This document shows positions 49,940 to 59,698 of a stretch of DNA of 64,000 bases, in pieces. Every line of letters begins with the position of its first letter. Positions within the stretch are counted from its first letter, which is position 1. The notes under the pieces were generated by a model. That model ran no database searches. It saw only the letters and a program-made list of their open reading frames with translations, and had not been told where the DNA came from. The stretch is from Sandaracinaceae bacterium (GTDB lineage Bacteria > Myxococcota_A > Polyangia > Polyangiales > Sandaracinaceae), in the NCBI GenBank assembly GCA_044220955.1, contig JBGAQA010000027.1:1-64000 (forward strand), given 5' to 3'. The position numbers and the translations under genes were made by a program.

Positions 49940-51382
49940 TCAGAAGGCCGTGACTTCCTGCAGGCTCGCGATGTCACCCAGGGACGTGGTGAGGCGCCCC
50001 TGGACCTCGATGGTCCCCGTCATCAGCGTGCGGGTCTCGGTCAGGGCCTGGACGTACGTACGGAACGAGCCGAGCCGTTCGCCGAGCACGCCTGCGCTGT
50101 TGCCGCCGTTGATGACGATCGCGTGGGTCGCCGTGGCGGTGACGGGCGTCTCGGGCGTCCACAGCTCGACGGGCGTGCCGGCGTCGCCCGGCGCGAGGTG
50201 CATCAAGATGTGGCCCGTCGGCTCGTGCGACGTCGCGTCGAGCTCGGGCTCGGCCATCCGTACCGCGCCTCTCACGGCGCCATCGGCGCCGGTCGAGAGG
50301 GCGGCGACGTACTGGGCCTGCGCGGCCGTGGCCGTGGCCTCGGCGGCAGCCTGGATCGCAGCACGCGCCGACGCCTGGTCGTGGCCGCGCGAGATGGGGC
50401 AGATGGCGACGGCGGCGAACGCGTCGACCGACGGGCGCTCGGCGGGCCCGGCAGCGATGACGCTGAGCCGCTGGAACTGCCGCCAGAGCTCGTGGATGTT
50501 GCTGTAGTACGTGAAGAGGTCGTCGACCGCGCCCGGCTGGAACGCGTTGTAGTAGCGATCGGAGAAGGCCGACGCGGGCAGCGGGTTGGGCATCGCCGTC
50601 AGCGCGTCGATCTCCTCGTAGTTCACCGAGGGGTGGCCCGTGGCCCCGCCGCCGGCCGAGGTCGCGATGGCCTCGATGTGTCCCTGCGCCTCGAGCACGG
50701 CGCGGCTGGCCGTGTCGACGGCGGCGTAGATGGCGTGACCGTCGGTGACGGTCTCGTTGTAGAGCCTGCGGCGCCCGTTCATCGTGCCGACTCCCGCGCC
50801 GAGCGACGCGCCGACGAGGAGCGATGCCGCCACGACGAGGAAGACGCGTCCCGTCTGCCGGCGGCCGACCTCCGCGTCGTCGACCGGCCCCTTGTCGTCG
50901 ATGACGAGGCGGACCTCCTGGGGCTGCACCGCGGCCGCGGCGAAGGGATCGACCGCGCGCTTCTTCGGCTCCGGCTTCGCTGGCTCCGCCGGACGTGCGA
51001 AGGGCGGTGGTGCGATGTCCGCGCCACCGAACGGCGTCCGGCCGGCGGGTCCTCCGATCGGAGGCGCAGCGATCGGAGGCGCGGCGATCGGAGGCGCGGC
51101 GATCGGAGGCGCAGCGATCGGAGGCGCGGCGATCGCGGTCGCCGCGTCGGGCGCCGCGACCGGAGGCGCGGCGGCCGGCGGTGCGGCGAGCTCACCCGGG
51201 GTGCTGGCGGCCGGCTTCGCGGCCACCGGCGGTGGCGTCGCGGCCGCAGGCGCCTTCGGCGCGCCGGCGGGCGGTGCGATGATGCCGCCGGGGGCCGCGA
51301 TCGGCGGCGCGCCGGGCGTCTGGGGGGAGATCGTGCGCCCGAGGCGCGCGCGCAGGTCCTTCTTGGGCTTCTGGTCCGACAT
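49940..51382 (-). CDS. Hypothetical single-pass membrane protein with Pro/Ala-rich N-terminus (paralog 2)
   Basis: MSDQKPKKDLRARLGRTI; TM VFLVVAASLLVGASLGAGVG; TGATG coupling to paralog 1. Confidence 0.8.
   Translation of the reverse strand: MSDQKPKKDLRARLGRTISPQTPGAPPIAAPGGIIAPPAGAPKAPAAATPPPVAAKPAASTPGELAAPPAAAPPVAAPDAATAIAAPPIAAPPIAAPPIAAPPIAAPPIGGPAGRTPFGGADIAPPPFARPAEPAKPEPKKRAVDPFAAAAVQPQEVRLVIDDKGPVDDAEVGRRQTGRVFLVVAASLLVGASLGAGVGTMNGRRRLYNETVTDGHAIYAAVDTASRAVLEAQGHIEAIATSAGGGATGHPSVNYEEIDALTAMPNPLPASAFSDRYYNAFQPGAVDDLFTYYSNIHELWRQFQRLSVIAAGPAERPSVDAFAAVAICPISRGHDQASARAAIQAAAEATATAAQAQYVAALSTGADGAVRGAVRMAEPELDATSHEPTGHILMHLAPGDAGTPVELWTPETPVTATATHAIVINGGNSAGVLGERLGSFRTYVQALTETRTLMTGTIEVQGRLTTSLGDIASLQEVTAF
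51056..51130. repeat. Five copies of a 15-bp tandem repeat encoding IAAPP
   Basis: GATCGGAGGCGC(A/G)GC x5. Confidence 0.92.
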
Positions 51383-52722
51383 CAGAATGCGAGCTCTTCT
51401 TGGATGTTGTGGATCTCGCCGAGCGCGGCCAGGAGGCGCTCCTGGATCGCGATGGTGTCTCTCATCAGCGTCCGCGTCTCCTCCAGGGACTGAGCGAACG
51501 AGCGGAACGCGCCGATGCGATCCCCGAGGACCGCGGTGCTGGCGGGACCGTCGATCGGGACGACGTGCTGCGCCACGGGCGAGCCCGGCGTCCACGTGTC
51601 GAACGGGCGCCCCGGGCCCGCTCGACCGGCGCGCATGAAGGTGCGGCCCGTCGGCTGGTGCGTCGTCGCGTCGAGATCCTGCTCGGCGAAGCCGAGCGAG
51701 CCCTGGATCGTACCGTCGTCGGCCGTGTCCAGGAGGGCCACGTACTGCGCGTTGGCGCTGTCCGGCGTCGCCGCCAGCGCCGCCTGGATCGCCGCCGTCG
51801 CCGAGCCGTCGTCGTGACCGAGGTCGGCCGGACACACGGTCGCGGCGGCCGTCGAGTCGAGCGTCGCCCGGCGCGCGGGGCCCGACGTGATCGCGTTGAG
51901 GCGGGTGAAGTCGTCCCAGAGCTCGTGGATGTTGTGGTCGTAGTTGAAGAGGTCGTCGACCGTCGCGGGATCGAACCGGTTGTAGTTCTTGCGCGAGAAG
52001 GCGCCCGCGTGGAGTGGGTTCTCGAGCGCGGTCAGCAGCGCGATCTCGTCGTAGTTCACCGTCGGGTGGTGATCTGCGCCGCCGCCCGAGGCCGCCGTGG
52101 AGATCGCCTCGACGTGCTGCTGCGCCTCGAGCACCACGTGGCTCGCCGTCTCGACGACGTCGTGAACGTCGTGTCCGTCCCGCACGGTGATGTTGTAGAG
52201 CGTCCGGCTCCCGTTGACGGTGCCGCCGACCGCGCCGAGCACCAGGCCGACGGCGATCGAGACGGCGATCACCGCGGCATTGCGGCTTCGGCCGCGGCGC
52301 GCGGCGCCCTCGTCGGCTGGCTTCTCGTCGAAGACGAGGCGGACCTGATCGGAGGTGGCCGGGCCAGCGGCGAACGGATCGGCGGAGCGCTTGCGCGGCT
52401 CGGGCTTCGGCGCCTCCGCGGCGGCGGGCCGCGCGAACGGCGGCGGCGCGATGTCGGGGCCGAACGGCATCCGGCTCGCGGGTGCGGCCGGCGGCGGCGC
52501 GACCACGGGCGGCGCGACCGGCGGCGCGACGACGGCCGGCGCCGCGACCTCACCGGGCGAGCTGGCCGCTGCCGGTGCGGCCGGCGCGCTCGCAGGCGCC
52601 GCTGCCGGCGGCGCGATCACGTTGCCGGGCGCCGTGATCGGCGGCGCGCCCGGCGTGTTCGGCGCGATCGTGCGGCCGAGGCGCGCACGAAGGTCCTTCT
52701 TGGGCTTCTTGTCTTCGGACAT
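51382..52722 (-). CDS. Hypothetical single-pass membrane protein with Pro/Ala-rich N-terminus (paralog 1)
   Basis: MSEDKKPKKDLRARLGRTI; TM AAVIAVSIAVGLVLGAVGG; colinear similarity to 49940-51382. Confidence 0.8.
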   Translation of the reverse strand: MSEDKKPKKDLRARLGRTIAPNTPGAPPITAPGNVIAPPAAAPASAPAAPAAASSPGEVAAPAVVAPPVAPPVVAPPPAAPASRMPFGPDIAPPPFARPAAAEAPKPEPRKRSADPFAAGPATSDQVRLVFDEKPADEGAARRGRSRNAAVIAVSIAVGLVLGAVGGTVNGSRTLYNITVRDGHDVHDVVETASHVVLEAQQHVEAISTAASGGGADHHPTVNYDEIALLTALENPLHAGAFSRKNYNRFDPATVDDLFNYDHNIHELWDDFTRLNAITSGPARRATLDSTAAATVCPADLGHDDGSATAAIQAALAATPDSANAQYVALLDTADDGTIQGSLGFAEQDLDATTHQPTGRTFMRAGRAGPGRPFDTWTPGSPVAQHVVPIDGPASTAVLGDRIGAFRSFAQSLEETRTLMRDTIAIQERLLAALGEIHNIQEELAF

Positions 52723-52815
52723 TCTCTCTCTTCTCGTACCGTGTCGGGCCCGCGGGTGAAGCTTGCGGTGGAGCGGAATCCATCTGGAATTCCGCGCCAG
52801 ACTCGAAGCCGCCGA

Positions 52816-52845
52816 ACGGTATCCACCTGGCCCGAGGGGTGTCAA
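52816..52845 (-). promoter_or_regulatory. Putative sigma70 promoter for the paralog pair
   Basis: TTGACA(52845-52840)-N18-TACCGT(52821-52816). Confidence 0.6.
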
Positions 52846-52927
52846 TGGGGAACCCCCGGAAAGCCGCGACCGACCGCCCGCACGAGGCGCCCATCTCCGA
52901 CCTTTGCGCGGGGTATGCTCCCGCGCC

Positions 52928-53389
52928 GTGATCGAGCGGGCGAAGGTCGACGGGCTGTCGGCGGGCCAGAAGCGGGACGCGCGCGCGTTCGCGGAGGCGT
53001 TCTTCTCCCGCGACGGCGGCCCCGTGCCGGTCGAGCGCCTCGACGCGTTCGTGGCCGAGCTGGCCGACTTCTTCGGGCACGTGCGGGGGCGCGCGCGCTG
53101 GCTCTTCCTCGCCTGCCTCGCGACCGCGACCTGGGGGGCGCCGCTGCTCGTCGGGCGTCCCTTCACGCGCCTGTCGGCGATGGCCGTGCCGGCGCGGCTC
53201 GAGGCGCTCGAGGCGCTCGAGCGCTTCCCGGTCGCCCAGCTCGCGCTCTTCGCGGTGAAGGCCGTGACGAGCCTGGTCTACTACGAGCATCCGGACGCGA
53301 TGGAAGAGCTGCGCTGGGACCAGCGCTGTCACGGGAAGAAGGCGCTCCCGGTCTTGTCGTCGTCGTCGGCGGCGGAGGCCGACGCGTGA
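52928..53389 (+). CDS. Small partner protein of the GMC oxidoreductase (gluconate 2-dehydrogenase subunit 3-like)
   Basis: RPFTRLS..ARLEALE and K..TSLVYYEHP motifs; GTGA-coupled to the GMC gene. Confidence 0.65.
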   Translation: MIERAKVDGLSAGQKRDARAFAEAFFSRDGGPVPVERLDAFVAELADFFGHVRGRARWLFLACLATATWGAPLLVGRPFTRLSAMAVPARLEALEALERFPVAQLALFAVKAVTSLVYYEHPDAMEELRWDQRCHGKKALPVLSSSSAAEADA

Positions 53390-54909
53390 GCGGGCGCATC
53401 GAGAGCGGCCGGGCGCAGCGCGGCGACCTCGACCTCGACTGCGACGTCGTCGTCGTCGGCTCCGGCGCGGGCGGCGCCGTCGTCGCGACCGAGCTCGCGC
53501 TCGCCGGCCAGCGCGTGATCGTCGTCGAGGAAGGCAAGGAGGTCCCGGCGTCCGAGCACGGCGCGATGACCCAGAGCCAGTCGCTGCGCCACGTGTGGCG
53601 CGAGGGCGGGATGACGACGGCCATCGGCGTCGGGGGCGCCCCGACCGTGAACCTCACCATGGGGCGCGTCGTCGGTGGCTCGTCGATGCTCACCGGCGGC
53701 GTGTGCTTCCGCGTCGCCGACGAGGTGCTCGCACGCTGGTCGAGGGAGATGGGCCTCGCCGAGCTCAGCTCCGCCGCCGTCGACCGCTGCTACGCCCACG
53801 TCGAGAAGGCGATGCACGTCGAGGAGGTGCCCGCGAGCATGCGCTCGCGCTCCACGGCGCTGTTCGCCGAGGGGGCGAAGAAGCGCGGCTTCGAGCTCGC
53901 GCCCATGCACCGCAACACCGACGGCTGCGACGGCTGCGGGCGCTGCAACTTCGGCTGCCCCCACGGCGCCAAGCGCTCGGTCGATCTCAGCTACCTGCCC
54001 CGGGCGCTCGCGGCGGGCGCGACGATCTGGTCGGAGTGCCTCGTCGAGCGGATCGTGCTCGAAGGCGATCGCGCGGTCGGCGTGCGCGGCCGCATGCTCG
54101 ACGGTCCCGACGGCGGTCGCGCGGGCCGCTTCACCGTGCGCGCGAAGAAGGTCGTGGTCGCCTGCGGCGGCGTGCACTCGGCGCTGCTGCTGCGCGCGAG
54201 CGGCATCGGCGGCATCGGCGGCCACGTAGGCCGGAACCTCACGCTCCACCCGGGCTGCCGGGTCTTCGCGCGCTTCGACGAGGAGGTGCGCGGCTGGGCC
54301 GGTGCGATGCAGAGCGCGTTCTCGACGGCGTTCGAGCACGAGGGCGTGCTCATGAACTCGCTGTTCATCCCCGCGAGCGTGATCGCCGCGACGATGCCGG
54401 GGAGCGGTCCGCGTCACGCGCGCCTCGCCGAGCAGGTCGCGCACATCGCGATGTTCGGCGCGATGGTGCACGACGACGGCGGCGGCCTCGTCGTGCGCAA
54501 CCCGCTCGGCCGCGAGCCGCTGCTCTTCTACCGCTGCTCGCCGCGCGACGTGGCGGCGCTTCGTCGGGGGATTCGTCTCGTCGGCGAGGTGTTCCTCGAG
54601 GCGGGCGCGCGCGAGATCTTCCTGCCCATCCTGGGGGGCGAGGGCCTCACGCCCGACGCGTTCCGACGCTTCGACTTCGACGCCATCCCCATGGTTCGCC
54701 TCGAGTGCGCCTCGCAGCACCCGCTCGCGACCTGCCGCATGAGCCGGACGGCACAGGACGGCGTGGTCGACGCCTGGGGGCGCAGCTGGGACGTGAAGAA
54801 CCTCTACGTCGCCGACGGCAGCGTCCTTCCTTCCAGCCTCGGGGTGAACCCGCAGCTCACCGTGATGATGATGGCCACGCGCATCGCATGGCACATGGCC
54901 GAGGCGTGA
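53386..54909 (+). CDS. GMC family FAD oxidoreductase
   Basis: VVVGSGAGG, GRVVGGSSML, CDGCGRCNFGC, HPLATCRM and DGSVLPSSLGVNPQLT motifs. Confidence 0.92.
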   Translation: MSGRIESGRAQRGDLDLDCDVVVVGSGAGGAVVATELALAGQRVIVVEEGKEVPASEHGAMTQSQSLRHVWREGGMTTAIGVGGAPTVNLTMGRVVGGSSMLTGGVCFRVADEVLARWSREMGLAELSSAAVDRCYAHVEKAMHVEEVPASMRSRSTALFAEGAKKRGFELAPMHRNTDGCDGCGRCNFGCPHGAKRSVDLSYLPRALAAGATIWSECLVERIVLEGDRAVGVRGRMLDGPDGGRAGRFTVRAKKVVVACGGVHSALLLRASGIGGIGGHVGRNLTLHPGCRVFARFDEEVRGWAGAMQSAFSTAFEHEGVLMNSLFIPASVIAATMPGSGPRHARLAEQVAHIAMFGAMVHDDGGGLVVRNPLGREPLLFYRCSPRDVAALRRGIRLVGEVFLEAGAREIFLPILGGEGLTPDAFRRFDFDAIPMVRLECASQHPLATCRMSRTAQDGVVDAWGRSWDVKNLYVADGSVLPSSLGVNPQLTVMMMATRIAWHMAEA

Positions 54910-55062
54910 TGCGCGCGCCGCGTCGCGCGGCTCCTCGCGAGCGCGGTCCCGGCGGCCGTCGCCGGCTGGCCGTGGAACCCGAGCTCGCCCCGGGTGTCCG
55001 CCGAGGGTGGGAGGCTCCGTGGGGGTGACAGGGGCGGGCCGCTCGGCTACGAGGAAGGCGGG

Positions 55063-56391
55063 TTGAGCGCGACGGAGCAGAGCTGGGGCGAGCGAGTTCG
55101 GCGCTGGGGCCGGGCGGCCATCGCGGCCGAGCGGCGGTTCTCGGACTGGCTGCCGATCACGCCGCTCGGTCTCTCGATCGCGATCTTCGGCGCCGTGGTG
55201 CTGAAGCTCTTCGCCTACCCCGAGATGGACCTCGTGCTCCTCGTCATCGGCTACGGCTGCCTCGGGCTCGTCGCCGTCGCCGCGCTGCTCGTGATCGGCG
55301 GCGCCATCCGCCTCAAGCTCGCCTCGCGGCACTACCGCGGGCCCGACGAGCGGACGCTGGAGACGGGGCGATCGCTGCCGACGGGGCTCTCGCTGCCCTC
55401 GCTCGCGCTCGTTCCCTTCGTGCTCGTGTGGTGGGAGTGGCTCCGGCCGGTGGGCGCCGCGGTCGAGCTGCGCTCGCGCGGCCTCTCGCTCGAGGAGGAC
55501 GTGCACCTCGAGGAGCGCGGCCACGTGCGCGGCATCGTGCGACGGATCGTCGTGCAGGACGTGTTCGGCCTCGCGCGCCTCGCGATCCGCCACGAGGATC
55601 CTGCGCGCCTCACGGTGCTCCCGAGCTGCGGCGCGCTGAAGGAGATGCCCGTGCTCGTGACGCTCTCGGGCGGCGAGGACATCCCGCACCCGATGGGCAT
55701 CGCCGACGGCGACCGCGTGGAGCTGCGGCGCTACGTTCCCGGGGACCCCGCGCGCTTCATCCACTGGAAGGTCTACGCACGCGCCCGAAAGCTCGTGGTG
55801 CGCGTGCCCGAGCGCGCGCTGACCCGCTCGCGCAGGACCGTCGCGTACCTCGTGGCGGGCCCCGGCGACGAGCCGGTGGCGGGCGCGGCACGCGTCGCGA
55901 TCGAGTCGGGAACGCTCGGCGCCGAGTGGGTGTTCGGCGCGGACGGGACGGCGGGCGAGACCGACGAGGTGGGCCCGGCCGTCGAGAGGGTCGTGCGCTC
56001 CATCGCGTCCAGAGAAGAAGGTGCCGGCGGCCTGCGCGCGTTCGTGGACCGCGCGGAGAAGACGGGCCCGGCGGCGCTCGTCCTCTTCGTGCCCCCCGTG
56101 CCGGGGCCCTGGCTCGAGCGGGTGATCGCGCTCGTCAAGCACCGCGCGCATCGAACGCGCGTCATCGTCGCGACCGACGGCGTGGACGTGGCGCGGCCGC
56201 GCGCGCGGTGGTGGAACCTGCTGGCCCGGGACGTGGAGAGGCGCGGGACGTACGCCGAGGATCTCGAGGCCGTGGTGCGGGGGCTCTCCGGGGCGCGCGT
56301 CGAGGTGCTCGTGCTCGATCGCGCGACGGGGCGAAGGCTCGGCGACGCGCACCGGGCGGCGATGCGCGCGCTCGCGACGAGGGCGGCCTGA
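55063..56391 (+). CDS. DUF58 domain protein (MoxR-associated)
   Basis: LRRYVPGDPARFIHWKVYAR motif; two N-terminal TM segments. Start uncertain: TTG 55063 after GAGGAAGG, or GTG 54994. Confidence 0.87.
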   Translation: MSATEQSWGERVRRWGRAAIAAERRFSDWLPITPLGLSIAIFGAVVLKLFAYPEMDLVLLVIGYGCLGLVAVAALLVIGGAIRLKLASRHYRGPDERTLETGRSLPTGLSLPSLALVPFVLVWWEWLRPVGAAVELRSRGLSLEEDVHLEERGHVRGIVRRIVVQDVFGLARLAIRHEDPARLTVLPSCGALKEMPVLVTLSGGEDIPHPMGIADGDRVELRRYVPGDPARFIHWKVYARARKLVVRVPERALTRSRRTVAYLVAGPGDEPVAGAARVAIESGTLGAEWVFGADGTAGETDEVGPAVERVVRSIASREEGAGGLRAFVDRAEKTGPAALVLFVPPVPGPWLERVIALVKHRAHRTRVIVATDGVDVARPRARWWNLLARDVERRGTYAEDLEAVVRGLSGARVEVLVLDRATGRRLGDAHRAAMRALATRAA

Positions 56392-58586
56392 TGGCGGAGC
56401 CCGCCAAGCGGCGAGCCGCGGCCGAGCCGCCGCCGACCACCAACCCGGAGAAGCTGCCCGAGCCGCTGCTCGCGACGCTGCTCCGCATGTTCGTGTACAC
56501 CGTGACCGCGGGCGTGTTCGCCTGGCCGCTCACGGTGCCGGAGAGCGCGCTCGCGGCGGCATGCGCGGCCGGGATGGCGTCGGTCGTGGGCCGCGCCCTC
56601 GCCGCGACGCGCGCGCGGACGTGGGTGATCGCGGCGGGCGCGTTCGCTGCGCTCCTGTTCTCCCTCTGGCTCTCCGGGGCGCTCGTCGGCAGCGCCGCGG
56701 TCGCCGCTGCGCTCGGCCCCGCCGTCGCTCTGCGCATCGGCGAGGTCCTCGCCTTCGGGCTCGGCGCGCTGACCATCGGTACCGGCGTGCGGGCCGCGTC
56801 CTCGCGCCACCGCAACGCGGCGCTGCTCGAGGCCACCTTCGTCGCGGTCGCGTTCGGCACGCTCGTCGTGGCCCACCGGCACGGCGCCATCCACCGACCC
56901 TTCGAGATCGCCGACTGGTTCCTCGAGCGCGGCTCCGATCCCACGATCGCCGTCCTCGCGATCGGCACCGTCGCCGGGATCGTCATCGGGCTCCTCTTGC
57001 TGAGCGAGCGCAAGCTCTGGCGCTCCATCTTCCACGTCCTGTTCGTGCTCCTGCTCCTGCTCGGCGTGTTCGCCACGACGCAGGTCGTCGGCCTGCCGTC
57101 GCCGCCACAGACGGGCGACGGCCTCGGGCTGCGTGACGACCAGCACGACCAGCACGACGGCATCCACCAGCCCGGCGGGCCCGAGTTCCAGGACGAGTAC
57201 GATCAGTCCGGCGGGCAGGCGCCCGTCGCGATCGTCGTGCTGCACGACGACTACTCGCCGCCGACCGGCGTCTACTACTTCCGGCAGGACGCCTACAGCC
57301 AGTACAACGGCCACCGGATGGTCGCGGCGACGATCGCGGGCGTCGACGACGACGTCGCGCCGGGATATCCGACGACGCGCATGGTGTCGATCGCGCACGC
57401 CCCCGAGGCGGGAGCGTACCGAGGCACGGTGGAGACGACCGTCGGCCTGCTCGCCGATCACCCGCGGCCCTTCGCGCTCGAGTCGCCGATCGCGCTGATG
57501 CCCATCACGAACCCGAACCCGGCCCGCTTCCGCCGGACCTACCGGGCGCGCTCGGCGGTGCTCACGGCCGACGAGTGGTCCCTCGTGGACGCGCGCGCGG
57601 GCGATCCGAGCTGGTCGCCCGAGATCCTGGCTCACTACACCCACGGTCCGCCGGATCCCCGCTACCACGAGCTGGCGCTGCGCATCGTCGGGGATCTGCC
57701 GCCGCAGTACCGCGAGAGCCAGTACGCGCAGGCGCTCGCGATCACGAGCTACCTCGGCACCAACGGCATCTACTCGCTGCGGAGCCGTCACGCCTCGGCT
57801 GCGGATCCGGCGGCGGACTTCCTCTTCGGCGACATGACGGGCTACTGCGTGCACTTCGCGCACGCGACCGTGTACTTGCTGCGCTCGCTCGGCCTGCCGG
57901 CGCGGGTCGCGACCGGGTACATGGTGCCGGAGTCGTCGCGGCACGGCGGCAGCGCGGTGCTCATCGACGGGCGTGCGTCGCACGCGTGGCCGGAGATCTA
58001 CCTCGACGGTGTCGGCTGGGTGGTCGTCGACGTGGCGCCCGAGCGCTCGCTCGACTCGGCGCCGCCCCCGCCCGACGAGGATCTGCAGCAGCTCCTCGCG
58101 GAGCTGCTGCGGGGCGAGACGCCGCTGCCGACGGACGGGTCGGAGGCGCCGCAGCCGCTCGACGAGCTCGCGCGCGACATCACCCGGCCCCTCGTGCGCG
58201 GCCTCCTTTCACTGATCGTCCTCGCGATCGTGCTCGGGTACCTGGGCAAGCTCGGGCGGCGCGCCGCGCCCGCGTTCGCGGCGGAGGGCACGCTGCCTCG
58301 GGTCGCCTACCGAGCGGCGCTGGACGTGCTGGGCGAGGCCGGGATCCGCCGGGAGCCAGGCGAGTCGCGTGAGGCGTTCGCGCTCCGGGTGAAGACCCGG
58401 ATCCCGAGCCTCGCGCCGCTGACCGACGCGCACGCGGCCGTCGCCTACGCGAGCCGGACGCGGCCGGCGATCGGCACCGTGCGCGCGGCGGCGCGCGCGG
58501 TGCGGCGCGAGCGCGCGAAGCACGTTCCCTTCTGGCGGCGCCTGCTCGGCCTCGCCGATCCGTTCTCGTGGATCTGGACACGTTAG
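56391..58586 (+). CDS. Membrane transglutaminase-like protein (TgpA-type)
   Basis: Multiple N-terminal TM segments; GYCVHFA, RVATGY and HAWPEIY..GWVVVD triad; DUF4129-like C-terminus. Confidence 0.9.
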   Translation: MAEPAKRRAAAEPPPTTNPEKLPEPLLATLLRMFVYTVTAGVFAWPLTVPESALAAACAAGMASVVGRALAATRARTWVIAAGAFAALLFSLWLSGALVGSAAVAAALGPAVALRIGEVLAFGLGALTIGTGVRAASSRHRNAALLEATFVAVAFGTLVVAHRHGAIHRPFEIADWFLERGSDPTIAVLAIGTVAGIVIGLLLLSERKLWRSIFHVLFVLLLLLGVFATTQVVGLPSPPQTGDGLGLRDDQHDQHDGIHQPGGPEFQDEYDQSGGQAPVAIVVLHDDYSPPTGVYYFRQDAYSQYNGHRMVAATIAGVDDDVAPGYPTTRMVSIAHAPEAGAYRGTVETTVGLLADHPRPFALESPIALMPITNPNPARFRRTYRARSAVLTADEWSLVDARAGDPSWSPEILAHYTHGPPDPRYHELALRIVGDLPPQYRESQYAQALAITSYLGTNGIYSLRSRHASAADPAADFLFGDMTGYCVHFAHATVYLLRSLGLPARVATGYMVPESSRHGGSAVLIDGRASHAWPEIYLDGVGWVVVDVAPERSLDSAPPPPDEDLQQLLAELLRGETPLPTDGSEAPQPLDELARDITRPLVRGLLSLIVLAIVLGYLGKLGRRAAPAFAAEGTLPRVAYRAALDVLGEAGIRREPGESREAFALRVKTRIPSLAPLTDAHAAVAYASRTRPAIGTVRAAARAVRRERAKHVPFWRRLLGLADPFSWIWTR

Positions 58587-58594
58587 GAGAAGAC

Positions 58595-59626
58595 ATGGAA
58601 GCGACGACGACCGACGAAGCGCCGAAGGCGAGCGAGACGAAGGGCGAGGGAGCGACGCTCGATCGCGCCAAGTCCGTCGCCCAGCGGCTCACCAAGCGCC
58701 TCGCCGCAGCCATCCGCGGCCGGGACGAGGTGATCGAGCTCGTGCTCACGGCGCTGCTCGCCGACGGGCACGTGCTGCTCGAGGACTACCCCGGATCGGG
58801 CAAGACGACGCTCGCGCGCGCGCTCGGGGCGGCTGTCACGGGGGGTGGAGACGCCATCGCCTCGTTCCGCCGCATCCAGTTCACGCCCGATCTGCTCCCG
58901 AGCGACATCACGGGCACGAACGTGTTCGAGCCCGAGCGCTCGCGCTTCGTGTTCCGGCGCGGACCGATCTTCGCGCACGTGGTGCTCGCCGACGAGATCA
59001 ACCGGACCTCGCCCAAGGTGCAGGCCGCGATGCTCGAGGCGATGGCCGAGAAGCAGGTGACGGTCGACAACGAAACGCACCCGCTCGACACCCTCTTCTT
59101 CGTCATCGCGACGCAGAACCCGCTCGACCTCGCGGGCACGTACCCGCTCCCGACGCCGCAGCTCGACCGCTTCCTGTTCAAGATCCGGATGGAGCACATC
59201 GCGCGCGAGGCGGAGCTCGAGGTGCTCGCGGCGTACCCGCGCCCGCACCTCTCGCTGGCCGAGGATCTGCCCGGCGTGACGCGGGACGAGCTGATCGGTG
59301 CGCGCGAGGCGATCCGAAACGGGGTGCGCATCGACGTCGCGTTCCAGAGCGCGCTGGTCGACCTCGCGCGCGGTCTGCGCGCCGACAAGCGCGTGCTCCA
59401 GGGCGCCTCCACGCGCTCGCTCGTGCTCCTGCTCCCGGCGCTGCAGGCGCACGCGCTCGTGAGCGGTCGCGACTACGTCTCGCCGCGCGACCTCGAGGTG
59501 CTCGCGCCCTACGTGTTCGGCCACCGCCTCGAGTGCGCGCCGGGCGTCGACGACGTGATGAGCGTGGTCCGCGAGCACACCGGCATCGAGATCGAGCGTC
59601 TCGCCCGCAAGAGCCTGGCGCGCTGA
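58595..59626 (+). CDS. moxR: MoxR family AAA+ ATPase
   Basis: GHVLLEDYPGSGKT, RIQFTPDLLPSDITG, LADEINR and ATQNP..GTYPLP..QLDRF motifs; AGGAG SD. Confidence 0.95.
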   Translation: MEATTTDEAPKASETKGEGATLDRAKSVAQRLTKRLAAAIRGRDEVIELVLTALLADGHVLLEDYPGSGKTTLARALGAAVTGGGDAIASFRRIQFTPDLLPSDITGTNVFEPERSRFVFRRGPIFAHVVLADEINRTSPKVQAAMLEAMAEKQVTVDNETHPLDTLFFVIATQNPLDLAGTYPLPTPQLDRFLFKIRMEHIAREAELEVLAAYPRPHLSLAEDLPGVTRDELIGAREAIRNGVRIDVAFQSALVDLARGLRADKRVLQGASTRSLVLLLPALQAHALVSGRDYVSPRDLEVLAPYVFGHRLECAPGVDDVMSVVREHTGIEIERLARKSLAR

Positions 59627-59660
59627 TCGTGCCAGCCTCCCGCGCGAGACGGAGCTCGAT

Positions 59661-59698
59661 CCCTTCTCCCACCGGGTGGGAGAGGGCCAGGGTGAGGG
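59661..59698 (+). repeat. REP-like palindromic element, copy 2
   Basis: CCCTTCTCCCAC-CGG-GTGGGAGAGGG-CCAGGGTGAGGG; matches 12017-12053. Confidence 0.78.

Noticed and set aside
51056..51130. CRISPR-like array (also considered for 1-76 and 63510-63745)
   Set aside because: Head-to-tail repeats without spacers, in frame within coding sequence; no cas genes.
51400..54909. Apparent 1169-aa GMC fusion protein
   Set aside because: The first ~660 aa are antisense or off-frame to real genes. The GMC gene starts at GTG 53386.
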